DNA of 64,000 nucleotides from Eledone cirrhosa (Eukaryota), in assembly GCA_964016885.1 (NCBI GenBank), contig OZ024740.1:158596001-158660000 (forward strand), given 5' to 3'. Each line of letters opens with the position of its first letter. The stretch's first letter is position 1. Shown here one piece after another: positions 50,931-64,000 of this stretch. The notes under the pieces were generated by a model. It searched no databases. It saw nothing but the letters and a program-made list of their open reading frames with translations, and was not told where the DNA came from. Position numbers and translations under genes: made by a program.

Positions 50931-51441
50931 CAGAGATTCTCAAATTGTTTGCCCCCCCCCCCCATACTTCCCTGTCGTGGCCACATAATACCCTCAGTGC
51001 CCTCACCCCTATTTCCAAAGAGACCTGCCTACACTTGTAAATAATATATAGTAAATGAAATCATTAATTTATATATAATAAATAATATAATATATATTAT
51101 GTATGAATCATCATCATTTTACATCCGCTTTTCCGTTTGCAAGGGTTGGACGGGTCCTATTCACCACAGCATCTCTCCACTTGTCACAGTCCTTCGTCAT
51201 CTCCTCGGTGAGTTTCAGCGATCTGCGGTCTGCTCTCACCATCTCTGACCATGTTTTTTGTGGTCTACCTCTACTGCGTCTGCCTTCTACTGGGATTTCT
51301 TGGCACTTCTTTACCCAGCGGTATTTTTTATTTTACTATATTTATATATATGTATCATTTGATATCTAATATACTATTATATAATTTCTACCCCCCCCCC
51401 CCCCCCCCCCAGGGGGTGGTAGTGCCCGCTTTAAAAATCTG
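50931..51441 (-). mobile_element. hAT MITE with perfect 8-bp TSD, containing a nested RTE 3' fragment (about 51108-51320)
   Basis: ttttaaag-cagagattctcaaa ... ttaaaaatctg-ttttaaag. The nested minus-strand piece reads WVKKCQEIPVEGRRSRGRPQKTWSEMVRADRR. Confidence 0.8.
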
Positions 51442-51810
51442 TTTTAAAGTGTTTATATTTATCTAGAAAGATTCCATCATAATTCTGTTTAAGAATCTTT
51501 GTTCCAAACACTAGATAAATAATGAGAAAATTAACTATATATTAAACTATATATTAAATTCTTGATTATTTTCAAAATTATTTGAAAAATTATTTGAAAA
51601 TTATAAGTAATGCCTTTCATTAGAAATATGGTAATGAAATGGTAAAACACTGAGGTTTTCCAAACATCCTGGCATTTTCTTGCCTCCAAAACGTTTGGCC
51701 TATTCATGGATTTTACACAATGTCTGATTCAGTTGGTAAAATGTTTGACCTTATTGACACTTACTAAAATAGCAGCCAAATCTCTGAACCCCCAACATCT
51801 CCTTATCATC

Positions 51811-52055
51811 TTAACCCTTTTGATGCCAATCAGCCAACCTAAAGCTGCCCCTGATTCTATGAAACAAAACCATCCATTCTAAAGGGTTCTTATTTGAATC
51901 AAAATCACTGAACATAATTATGTATGAACATTTTTTTTTATAAATGCCATCTTAATAAAAAAATAATTAGTAATTCTAACAAATCCCTGCAAATTCTTCA
52001 TTAATTAATTGAAATACCATGTATTTCATTTGGAATAAGGTCATGAAAGGGTTAA
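51811..52055 (+). mobile_element. piggyBac-type MITE family B
   Basis: ttaacccttttgatgccaa ... atgaaagggttaa. Confidence 0.7.
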
Positions 52056-52289
52056 AAAAAGAAAAGGTCACTATATATAATGTTCTAGATGTACTGTCTA
52101 TATAAAAAAAAAAGGATGGGATGGTCACAGCCAGAATGCCTTTGATCAGAGTTGACCTATGGAGTTAGACAAAAAGAAAAAAGAACAACAATAGCAGCAC
52201 TGCCTGAAAAAACAAAACAATATGATGGGATGGTCACAGCTAGAATGCCTTTGATCTGGGCTAACTTAGACTAAAAAACAATACTATCA

Positions 52290-52859
52290 ATGACAGAAAC
52301 AACAACAATGACAACTGCAACAGTCAGTATTAACAACACAAACAATAACCACACCAGCACCAACTACAACAACAACCACCACATCAAGAACAACAACTAC
52401 AGTAACAAGAACATGAACAACAAAACAAATAATAACCATGCTATCAACAACAACAACAACAACCACAGTAATAACAACAACCCAACCATAACAGCAGCAG
52501 CAGTAACAATTGCAGCACCAACACTGAGAACAGCAACAACTGCAGCTGCAGTAATAAGGACAACAACAAGACAAACACCACCACCACCACCACCACACTC
52601 CATTTAGCATCAACAATCACACAAACCACCATACCAGCAACAACAACATCTTCAATAAGAACAGCATCATCACCACCACCACCACCACCACCACCACCAC
52701 CAACAGCACTTAAGTCTACAACTACACCAGCACCACCACTAACAACTACTTCTGCAGCAACAACTGTCAGTAGAAACAACAATACAGCAACACAACAATC
52801 ACACCAACTACACTACCAACTGCCACAGTAACAGACACCAACAACTGCATCAGCACTAA
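52290..52859 (+). repeat. Degenerate ACA/CCA/GCA triplet low-complexity leader of the array
   Basis: The Thr/Ala/Pro-rich reading hops between frames and contains stops (TAG 52605-52607, TAA 52857-52859). Confidence 0.8.
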
Positions 52860-55800
52860 CAACAACACTCAATAATACACACTACAACTATAGCAGCAAC
52901 AACAACTGTAGCAGCAGTAATAACAACCACACCAAAATCAACCACTCTAGCACCTCCACCAACAACAACTATACAACCATCATCACCACCACCAGTAACA
53001 CTACCAGCACTAACTACACCACCACCACCAACACTACCACCACCACCACCACCACCACCACCACCAACACTACCAGCACTAACCACATCAGCACTGCCAA
53101 CAACAACAACCACTCTAGCACCTCCACCACGACTACCACCACCACGACTACCAGCACTAACCACATCAGCACCACCAACAACAACAACCACTCTAGCACC
53201 TCCACCACCACCACCACCAACACTACCAGCACTAACCACATCAGCACCACCAACAACAACGACCACTCTAGCACCACCACCACCAGCACCACCACCACCA
53301 CCACCACCACTACCAGCACTAACCACATCAGCACCACCAACAACAACGACCACTCTAGCACCACCACCACCACCACCACCACCACCACCACCACCAACAC
53401 TACCAGCACTATCCACATCAGCACTACCAACAACAACAACGACCGCTCTAGCCCCACCACCACCAGCACCACCACCACCACCAACACCAGCACCACCACC
53501 ACCACCAACACTACCAGCACTAACCACATCAGCACTACCAACAACAACGACCACTCTAGCACCACCACCACCACCACCACCACCACCAACACTACCAGCA
53601 CTAACCACATCAGCACTACCAACAACAACAACCACACCAGTACCACTACCAGTGTCACTACCAACAACCACCACACCAGCAACACCACTACCAACAACCA
53701 CCACACCAGCAACAACACTACCAACCACCACCACACCAGCAACAACACTACCAACCACCACCACACCAGCAACATCACTACCAACCACCACCACACCAGC
53801 AACATCACTACCAACAACCACCACACCACCAGCAACACTACCAACAACCACAACACCACCAACAACACTACCAACAACCACCACACCACCAGCAACACTA
53901 CCAACAACCACCACACCACCAACAACACTACCAACAACCACCACACCACCAACAACACTACCAACAACCACCACACCAGCAACAACACTACCAACAACCA
54001 CCACACCACCAACAACACTACCAACAACCACCACACCAGCAACAACACTACCAACAACCACCACACCACCAACAACACTACCAACAACCACCACACCACC
54101 AACAACACTACCTACAACCACCACACCACCAACAACACTACCAACAACCACCACACCAGCAACAACACTACCAACAACCACCACACCACCAACAACACTA
54201 CCAACAACCACCACACCAGCAACAACACTACCAACAACCAGCACACCAGCAACACTACCAACAACCACCACACCACCAACAACACTACCAACATCCACCA
54301 CACCAACAACACTACCAACAACCACCACACCACCAACAACACTACCAACAACCACCACACCACCAACAACACTACCAACAACCACCACACCAACAACAAC
54401 ACTACCTACAACCACCACACCACCAACAACACTACCAACAACCACCACACCAGCAACAACACTACCAACAACCACCACACCACCAACAACACTACCAACA
54501 ACCACCACACCAGCAACAACACTACCAACAACCACCACACCACCAACAACACTACCAACAACCACCACACCACCAACAACACTACCAACAACCACCACAC
54601 CAGCAACAACACTACCAACAACCACCACACCACCAACAACACTACCAACAACCACCACACCACCAACAACACTACCAACATCCACCACACCAACAACACT
54701 ACCAACAACCACCACACCACCAACAACACTACCAACAACCACCACACCACCAACAACACTACCAACAACCACCACACCACCAACAACACTACCAACAACC
54801 ACCACACCAACAACAACACTACCTACAACCACCACACCACCAACAACACTACCAACAACCACCACACCAGCAACAACACTACCAACAACCACCACACCAC
54901 CAACAACACTACCAACAACCACCACACCAGCAACAACACTACCAACAACCACCACACCACCAACAACACTACCAACAACCACCACACCACCAACAACACT
55001 ACCAACATCCACCACACCAACAACACTACCAACAACCACCACACCACCAACAACACTACCAACAACCACCACACCACCAACAACACTACCAACAACCACC
55101 ACACCAACAACAACACTACCAACAACCACCACACCAACAACACTACCAACAACCACCACACCACCAACAACACTACCAACAACCACCACACCACCAACAA
55201 CACTACCAACAACCACCACACCAGCAACAACACTACCAACAACCACCACACCACCAACAACACTACCTACAACCACCACACCACCAACAACACTACCAAC
55301 AACCACCACACCAGCAACAACACTACCAACAACCACCACACCACCAACAACACTACCAACAACCACCACACCAGCAACAACACTACCAACAACCACCCAC
55401 ACCAGCAACACTACCAACAACCACCACACCACCAACAACACTACCAACATCCACCACACCAACAACACTACCAACAACCACCACACCACCAACAACACTA
55501 CCAACAACCACCACACCACCAACAACACTACCAACAACCACCACACCACCAACAACACTACCTACAACCACCACACCACCAACAACACTACCAACAACCA
55601 CCACACCAGCAACAACACTACCAACAACCACCACACCAGCAACAACACTACCAACAACCACCACACCACCAACAACACTACCAACAACCACCACACCAGC
55701 AACAACACTACCAACAACCACCACACCAGCAACACTACCAACAACCACCACACCACCAACAACACTACCAACATCCACCACACCAACAACACTACCAACA

Positions 55801-58800
55801 ACCACCACACCACCAACAACACTACCAACAACCACCACACCACCAACAACACTACCAACAACCACCACACCAACAACAACACTACCAACAACCACCACAC
55901 CAGCAACAACACTACCAACAACCACCACACCACCAACAACACTACCAACAACCACCACACCACCAACAACACTACCAACAACCACCACACCACCAACAAC
56001 ACTACCAACAACCACCACACCACCACCAACACTACCAACAACCACCACACCACCAACAACACTACCAACAACCACCACACCACCAACAACACTACCAACA
56101 ACCACCACACCAGCAACAACACTACCAACAACCACCACACCACCAACAACACTACCAACAACCACCACACCACCAACAACACTACCAACAACCACCACAC
56201 CACCAACAACACTACCAACAACCACCACACCACCAACAACACTACCAACAACCACCACACCACCAACAACACTACCAACAACCACCACACCACCAACAAC
56301 ACTACCAACAACCACCACACCACCACACCACCAACAACACTACCAACAGCCACCACACCAGCAACAACACTACCAACAACCACCACACCACCAACATCAC
56401 TACCAACAACCACCACACCAGCAACAACACTACCAACAACCACCACACCAGCAACACTACCAACAACCAGCACACCAGCAACAACACTACCAACAACCAC
56501 CACACCAGCAACAACACTACCAACAACCACCACACCAGCAACACTACCAACAACCACCACACCACCAACAACACTACCAACAACCACCACACCAACAACA
56601 CTACCAACAACCACCACACCACCACTACCAACAACCACCACACCACCAACAACACTACCAACAACCACCACACCACCAACATCACTACCAACAACCACCA
56701 CACCAGCAACAACACTACCAACAACCACCACACCAGCAACACTACCAACAACCACCACACCAGCAACAACACTACCAACAACCACCACACCAGCAACAAC
56801 ACTACCAACAACCACCACACCAGCAACACTACCAACAACCACCACACCAGCAACAACACTACCAACAACCACCACACCAGCAACAACACTACCAACAACC
56901 ACCACACCAACAACACTACCAACAACCACCACACCACCACCAACACTACCAACAAACACCACACCACCAACAACACTACCAACAACCACCACACCACCAA
57001 CATCACTACCAACAACCATCACACCAGCAACAACACTACTAACAACCACCACACCAGCAACAACACTACCAACAACCACCACACCAGCAACAACACTACC
57101 AACAACCACCACACCAGCAACAACACTACCAACAACCACCACACCAGCAACACTACCAACAACCACCACACCACCAACAACACTACCAACAACCACCATA
57201 CCACCAACCACCACACCACCAACAACACTACCAACAACCACCACACCAGCAACACTACCAACAACCACCACACCACCAACAACACTACCAACAACCACCA
57301 CACCACCAACAACACTACCAACAACCACCACACCAGCAACAACACTACCAACAGCCACCACACCACCAACAACACTACCAACAGCCACCACACCACCAAC
57401 AACACTACCAACAACCACCACACCACCAACAACACTACCAACAACCACCACACCAGCAACACTACCAGCAACACTACCAACAGCCACCACACCAGCAACA
57501 CTACCAGCAACACTACCAACAACCACCACACCAGCAACAACACTACCAACAACCACCACACCAGCAACACTACCAGCAACACTACCAACAACCACCACAC
57601 CAGCAACAACACTACCAACAACCACCACACCAGCAACACTACCAGCAACACTACCAACAACCACCACACCAGCAACAACACTACCAACAGCCACCACACC
57701 ACCAACAACACTACCAACAACCACCACACCAGCAACACTACCAGCAACACTACCAACAGCCACCACACCAGCAACACTACCAGCAACACTACCAACAACC
57801 ACCACACCAGCAACAACACTACCAACAGCCACCACACCACCAACAACACTACCAACAACCACCACACCAGCAACACTACCAGCAACACTACCAACAGCCA
57901 CCACACCAGCAACACTACCAGCAACACTACCAACAACCACCACACCAGCAACACTACCAGCAACACTACCAACAACCACCACACCACCAACAACACTACC
58001 AACAACCACCACACCACCAACAACACTACCAACAACCACCACACCAGCAACACTACCAGCAACACTACCAACAGCCACCACACCACCAACAACACTACCA
58101 ACAACCACCACACCAGCAACAACACTACCAACAACCACCACACCACCAGCAACACTACCAACAACCACCACACCACCAACAACACTACCAACAACCACCA
58201 CACCAGCAACAACACTACCAACAGCCACCACACCACCAACAACACTACCAACAACCACCACACCAGCAACACTACCAGCAACACTACCAACAGCCACCAC
58301 ACCAGCAACACTACCAGCAACACTACCAACAACCACCACACCAGCAACACTACCAGCAACACTACCAACAGCCACCACACCAGCAACACTACCAGCAACA
58401 CTACCAACAACCACCACACCAGCAACAACACTACCAACAGCCACCACACCACCAACAACACTACCAACAACCACCACACCAGCAACACTACCAGCAACAC
58501 TACCAACAGCCACCACACCAGCAACACTACCAGCAACACTACCAACAGCCACCACACCAGCAACAACACTACCAACAACCACCACACCAGCAACACTACC
58601 AGCAACACTACCAACAACCACCACACCACCAACAACACTACCAACAACCACCACACCACCAACAACACTACCAACAACCACCACACCAGCAACACTACCA
58701 GCAACACTACCAACAGCCACCACACCAGCAACACTACCAGCAACACTACCAACAACCACCACACCAGCAACAACACTACCAACAACCACCACACCAGCAA

Positions 58801-61800
58801 CACTACCAGCAACACTACCAACAACCACCACACCAGCAACAACACTACCAACAACCACCACACCAGCAACACTACCAGCAACACTACCAACAACCACCAC
58901 ACCAGCAACAAAACTACCAACAACCACCACACCAGCAACACTACCAGCAACACTACCAACAACCACCACACCACCAGCAACACTACCAACAACCACCACA
59001 CCAGCAACAACACTACCAACAGCCACCACACCAGCAACACTACCAACAACCACCACACCACCAACAACACTACCAACAACCACCACACCACCAACAACAC
59101 TATCAACAACCACCACACCACCAACAACACTACCAACAACCACCACACCAGCAACAACACTATCAACAACCACCACACCACCAACAACACTACCAACAAC
59201 CACCACACCACCAACAACACTACCAACAACCACCACACCACCAACAACACTATCAACAACCACCACACCACCAACAACACTACCAACAACCACCACACCA
59301 GCAACAACACTACCAACAACCACCACACCAGCAACACTACCAACAACCACCACACCAGCAACACTACCAACAACCACCACACCACCAACAACACTACCAA
59401 CAACCACCACACCAGCAACAACACTACCAACAACCACCACACCAACAACACTACCAACAACCACCACACCACCAACAACACTACCAACAGCCACCACACC
59501 ACCAACAACACTACCAACAACCACCACACCAGCAACACTACCAACAACCACCACACCACCAACAACACTACCAACAGCCACCACACCACCAACAACACTA
59601 CCAACAACCACCACACCAGCAACACTACCAACAACCACCACACCACCAACAACACTACCAACAACCACCACACCACCAACAACACTACCAACAACCACCA
59701 CACCAGCAACACTACCAACCACCACCACACCACCAACAACACTACCAACAACCACCACACCACCAACAACACTACCAACAACCACCACACCACCAACAAC
59801 ACTACCAACAGCCACCACACCACCAACAACACTACCAACAACCACCACACCACCAACAACACTACCAACAACCACCACACCAGCAACAACACTACCAACA
59901 ACCACCACACTAACAACAACACTACCAACAGCCACCACACCAGCAACAACTCTACCAACAACCACCACACCAGCAACAACACTACCAACAACCACCACAC
60001 TAACAACAACACTACCAACAGCCACCACACCAGCAACAACACTACCAACAACCACCACACTAACAACAACACTACCAACAGCCACCACACTACCAACAAC
60101 CACCACACCAACAACAGCCACCACACCAACAACAACACTACCAACAACCACCACACCAGCAACAACACTACCAACAACCACCACACCACCAACAACACTA
60201 CCAACAACCACCACACCACCAACAACACTACCAACAACCACCACACCACCAACAACACTACCAACAACCACCACACCACCAACAACACTACCAACAACCA
60301 CCACACCAGCAACAACACTACCAACAACCACCACACCAGCAACAACACTACCAACAACCACCACACTAACAACAACACTACCAACAGCCACCAAACCAGC
60401 AACAACACTACCAACAACCACCACACCACCAACAACACTACCAACAACCACCACACCAGCAACAACACTACCAACAACCACCACACCACCAACAACACTA
60501 CCAACAACCACCACACCAGCAACAACACTACCAACAACCACCACACCACCAACAACACTACCAACAACCACCACACCACCAACAACACTACCAACAACCA
60601 CCACACCACCAACAACACTACCAACAACCACCACACCACCAACAACACTACCAACAACCACCACACCACCAACAACACTACCAACAACCACCACACCAGC
60701 AACAACACTACCAACAACCACCACACCACCAACAACCACCACACCACCAACAACACTACCAACAACCACCACACCACCAACAACACTACCAACAACCACC
60801 ACACCACCAACAACACTACCAACAACCACCACACCACCAACAACACTACCAACAACCACCACACCACCAACAACACTACCAACAACCACCACACCACCAA
60901 CAACACTACCAATAACCACCACACCACCAACAACACTACCAACAACCACCACACCACCAACAACACTACCAACAACCACCACACCAGCAACAACACTACC
61001 AACAACCACCACACCACCAACAACACTACCAACAACCACCACACCACCAACAACACTACCAACAACCACCACACCACCAACAACACTACCAACAACCACC
61101 ACACCACCAACAACACTACCAACAACCACCACACCACCAACAACACTACCAACAACCACCACACCACCAACAACACTACCAACAACCACCACACCAGCAA
61201 CAACACTACCAACAACCACCACACCACCAACAACACTACCAACAACCACCACACCAGCAACATCACTACCAACAACCACCACACCACCAACAACACTACC
61301 AACAACCACCACACTAACAACAACACTACCAAATACCACCACACCAGCAACAACACTACCAACAACCACCACACCAGCAACAAGACTACCAACAACCACC
61401 ACACCAGCAACAACACTACCAACAACCACCACACCAGCAACAACACTACCAACGACCACCACACCAGCAACAACACTACCAACAACCACCACACCACCAA
61501 CAAGACTACCAACAACCACCACACCACCAACAACGCTACCAACAACCACCACACCAACAACAACACTACCAACAACCACCACACCAACAACAACACTACC
61601 AACAACCACCACACCAACAACAACACTACCAACAACCACCACACCAGCAACAACACTACCAACAACCACCACACCAGCAACAACACTACCAACAACCACC
61701 ACACCACCAACAAGACTACCAACAACCACCACACCACCAACAACGCTACCAACAACCACCACACCAACAACAACACTACTAACAACCACCACACCAACAA

Positions 61801-64000
61801 CAACACTACCAACAACCACCACACCACCAACAACACTACCAACAACCACCACACCACCAACAACACTACCAACAACCACCACACCACCAACAACACTACC
61901 AACAACCACCACACCAGCAACATCACTACCAACAACCACCACACCAGCAACAACACTACCAACAACCACCACACTAACAACAACACTACCAACAGCCACC
62001 AAACCAGCAACAACACTACCAACAACCACCACACCACCAACAACACTACCAACAACCACCACACCAGCAACAACACTACCAACAACCACCACACCACCAA
62101 CAACACTACCAACAACCACCACACCAGCAACAACACTACCAACAACCACCACACCACCAACAACACTACCAACAACCACCACACCACCAACAACACTACC
62201 AACAACCACCACACCACCAACAACACTACCAACAACCACCACACCACCAACAACACTACCAACAACCACCACACCACCAACAACACTACCAACAACCACC
62301 ACACCAGCAACAACACTACCAACAACCACCACACCACCAACAACACTACCAACAACCACCACACCACCAACAACACTACCAACAACCACCACACCACCAA
62401 CAACACTACCAACAACCACCACACCACCAACAACACTACCAACAACCACCACACCACCAACAACACTACCAACAACCACCACACCACCAACAACACTACC
62501 AACAACCACCACACCACCAACAACACTACCAACAACCACCACACCACCAACAACACTACCAACAACCACCACACCAGCAACAACACTACCAACAACCACC
62601 ACACCACCAACAACACTACCAACAACCACCACACCACCAACAACACTACCAACAACCACCACACCACCAACAACACTACCAACAACCACCACACCACCAA
62701 CAACACTACCAACAACCACCACACCACCAACAACACTACCAACAACCACCACACCACCAACAACACTACCAACAACCACCACACCAGCAACAACACTACC
62801 AACAACCACCACACCACCAGCAACACTACCAACAACCACCACACCAGCAACATCACTACCAACAACCACCACACCACCAACAACACTACCAACAACCACC
62901 ACACTAACAACAACACTACCAAATACCACCACACCACCAACAACACTACCAACAACCACCACACCAGCAACAACACTACCAACAACCACCACACCAGCAA
63001 CAAGACTACCAACAACCACCACACCAGCAACAACACTACCAACAACCACCACACCAGCAACAACACTACCAACGACCACCACACCAGCAACAACACTACC
63101 AACAACCACCACACCACCAACAAGACTACCAACAACCACCACACCACCAACAACGCTACCAACAACCACCACACCAACAACAACACTACCAACAACCACC
63201 ACACCAACAACAACACTACCAACAACCACCACACCAACAACAACACTACCAACAACCACCACACCAACAACAACACTACCAACAACCACCACACCAGCAA
63301 CAACACTACCAACAACCACCACACCAGCAACAACACTACCAACAACCACCACACCACCAACAAGACTACCAACAACCACCACACCACCAACAACGCTACC
63401 AACAACCACCACACCAACAACAACACTACCAACAACCACCACACCAACAACAACACTACCAACAACCACCACACCAACAACAACACTACCAACAACCACC
63501 ACACCAGCAACAACACTACCAACGACCACCACACCAGCAACAACACTACCAACAACCACCACACCACCAACAACACTACCAACAGCCACCACACCAGCAA
63601 CAACACTACCAACAACCACCACACCACCAGCAACACTACCAACAACCACCACACCACCAACAACACTACCAACAACCACCACACCACCAACAACACTACC
63701 AACAACCACCACACCAGCAACACTACCAACAGCCACCACACCACCAACAACACTACCAACAACCACCACACCAACAACACTACCAACAACCACCACACCA
63801 CCAACAACACTACCAACAACCACCACACCAGCAACACTACCAACAGCCACCACACCACCAACAACACTACCAACAACCACCACACCAACAACACTACCAA
63901 CAACCACCACACCACCAACAACACTACCAACGACCACCACACCAGCAACAACACTACCAACAGCCACCACACCACCAACAACACTACCAACAACCACCAC
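52860..64000 (+). CDS. Possible mucin-like Pro/Thr (PTS) tandem-repeat exon; coding status unproven
   Basis: The + frame starting at 52860 has no stop to the window end and reads (LPTTTTPP/ATT)n. No ATG, signal peptide, Cys domain or clear splice acceptor is visible. Confidence 0.35.
53655..64000 (+). repeat. Large tandem array with consensus 30-bp unit ctaccaacaaccaccacaccaSCAacaaca (27-, 30- and 39-bp variants), continuing past the window edge
   Basis: More than 10 kb seen directly. Length variants are multiples of 3 except two indels near 55396 and 56322. Confidence 0.98.

Noticed and set aside
52290-52607. ATG-initiated ORF as the mucin N-terminus
   Set aside because: It has no signal peptide, stops at 52607, and is separated from the long frame by further stops and frame changes.
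52856-64000. Giant minus-strand ORFs (VVVVGSVVGG and WWLLVVLL, up to 2812 aa)
   Set aside because: These are antisense readings of a C/A-rich tandem array, and the composition is implausible for real proteins.

Overview
This is AT-rich, repeat-saturated eukaryotic DNA with no convincing multi-exon host gene. The SINE, RTE and microsatellite repertoire suggests an octopus or other cephalopod (inference from memory of these repeat families). Bases 1-52,000 are a mosaic of TA/CA microsatellites and 5'-truncated RTE-clade LINEs, one of them young with a 14-bp TSD. They also hold an R4/Dong-like relic, a Penelope-like GIY-YIG fragment, tRNA-derived SINEs, and piggyBac-, hAT- and Tc1/mariner-type MITEs. 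Most listed ORFs are microsatellite or satellite artefacts. Four observations stand out. (1) Three intact minimal hammerhead-ribozyme cores with palindromic stem III (4577-4645, 11418-11478, 18207-18327) each lie in or next to inverted-repeat DNA, suggesting non-autonomous Penelope/retrozyme-like elements. (2) An RTE subfamily shares about 250 bp of 3' UTR with a tRNA/CORE SINE. (3) A 48-bp module from that shared region has twice expanded independently into minisatellites. (4) A >11-kb array of about 30-bp units (52860-64000) is stop-free on the + strand and reads as a Pro/Thr mucin-like domain, with two mutually compensating frameshifts. All alignments and folds were done by eye, so boundaries of degraded repeats are approximate.
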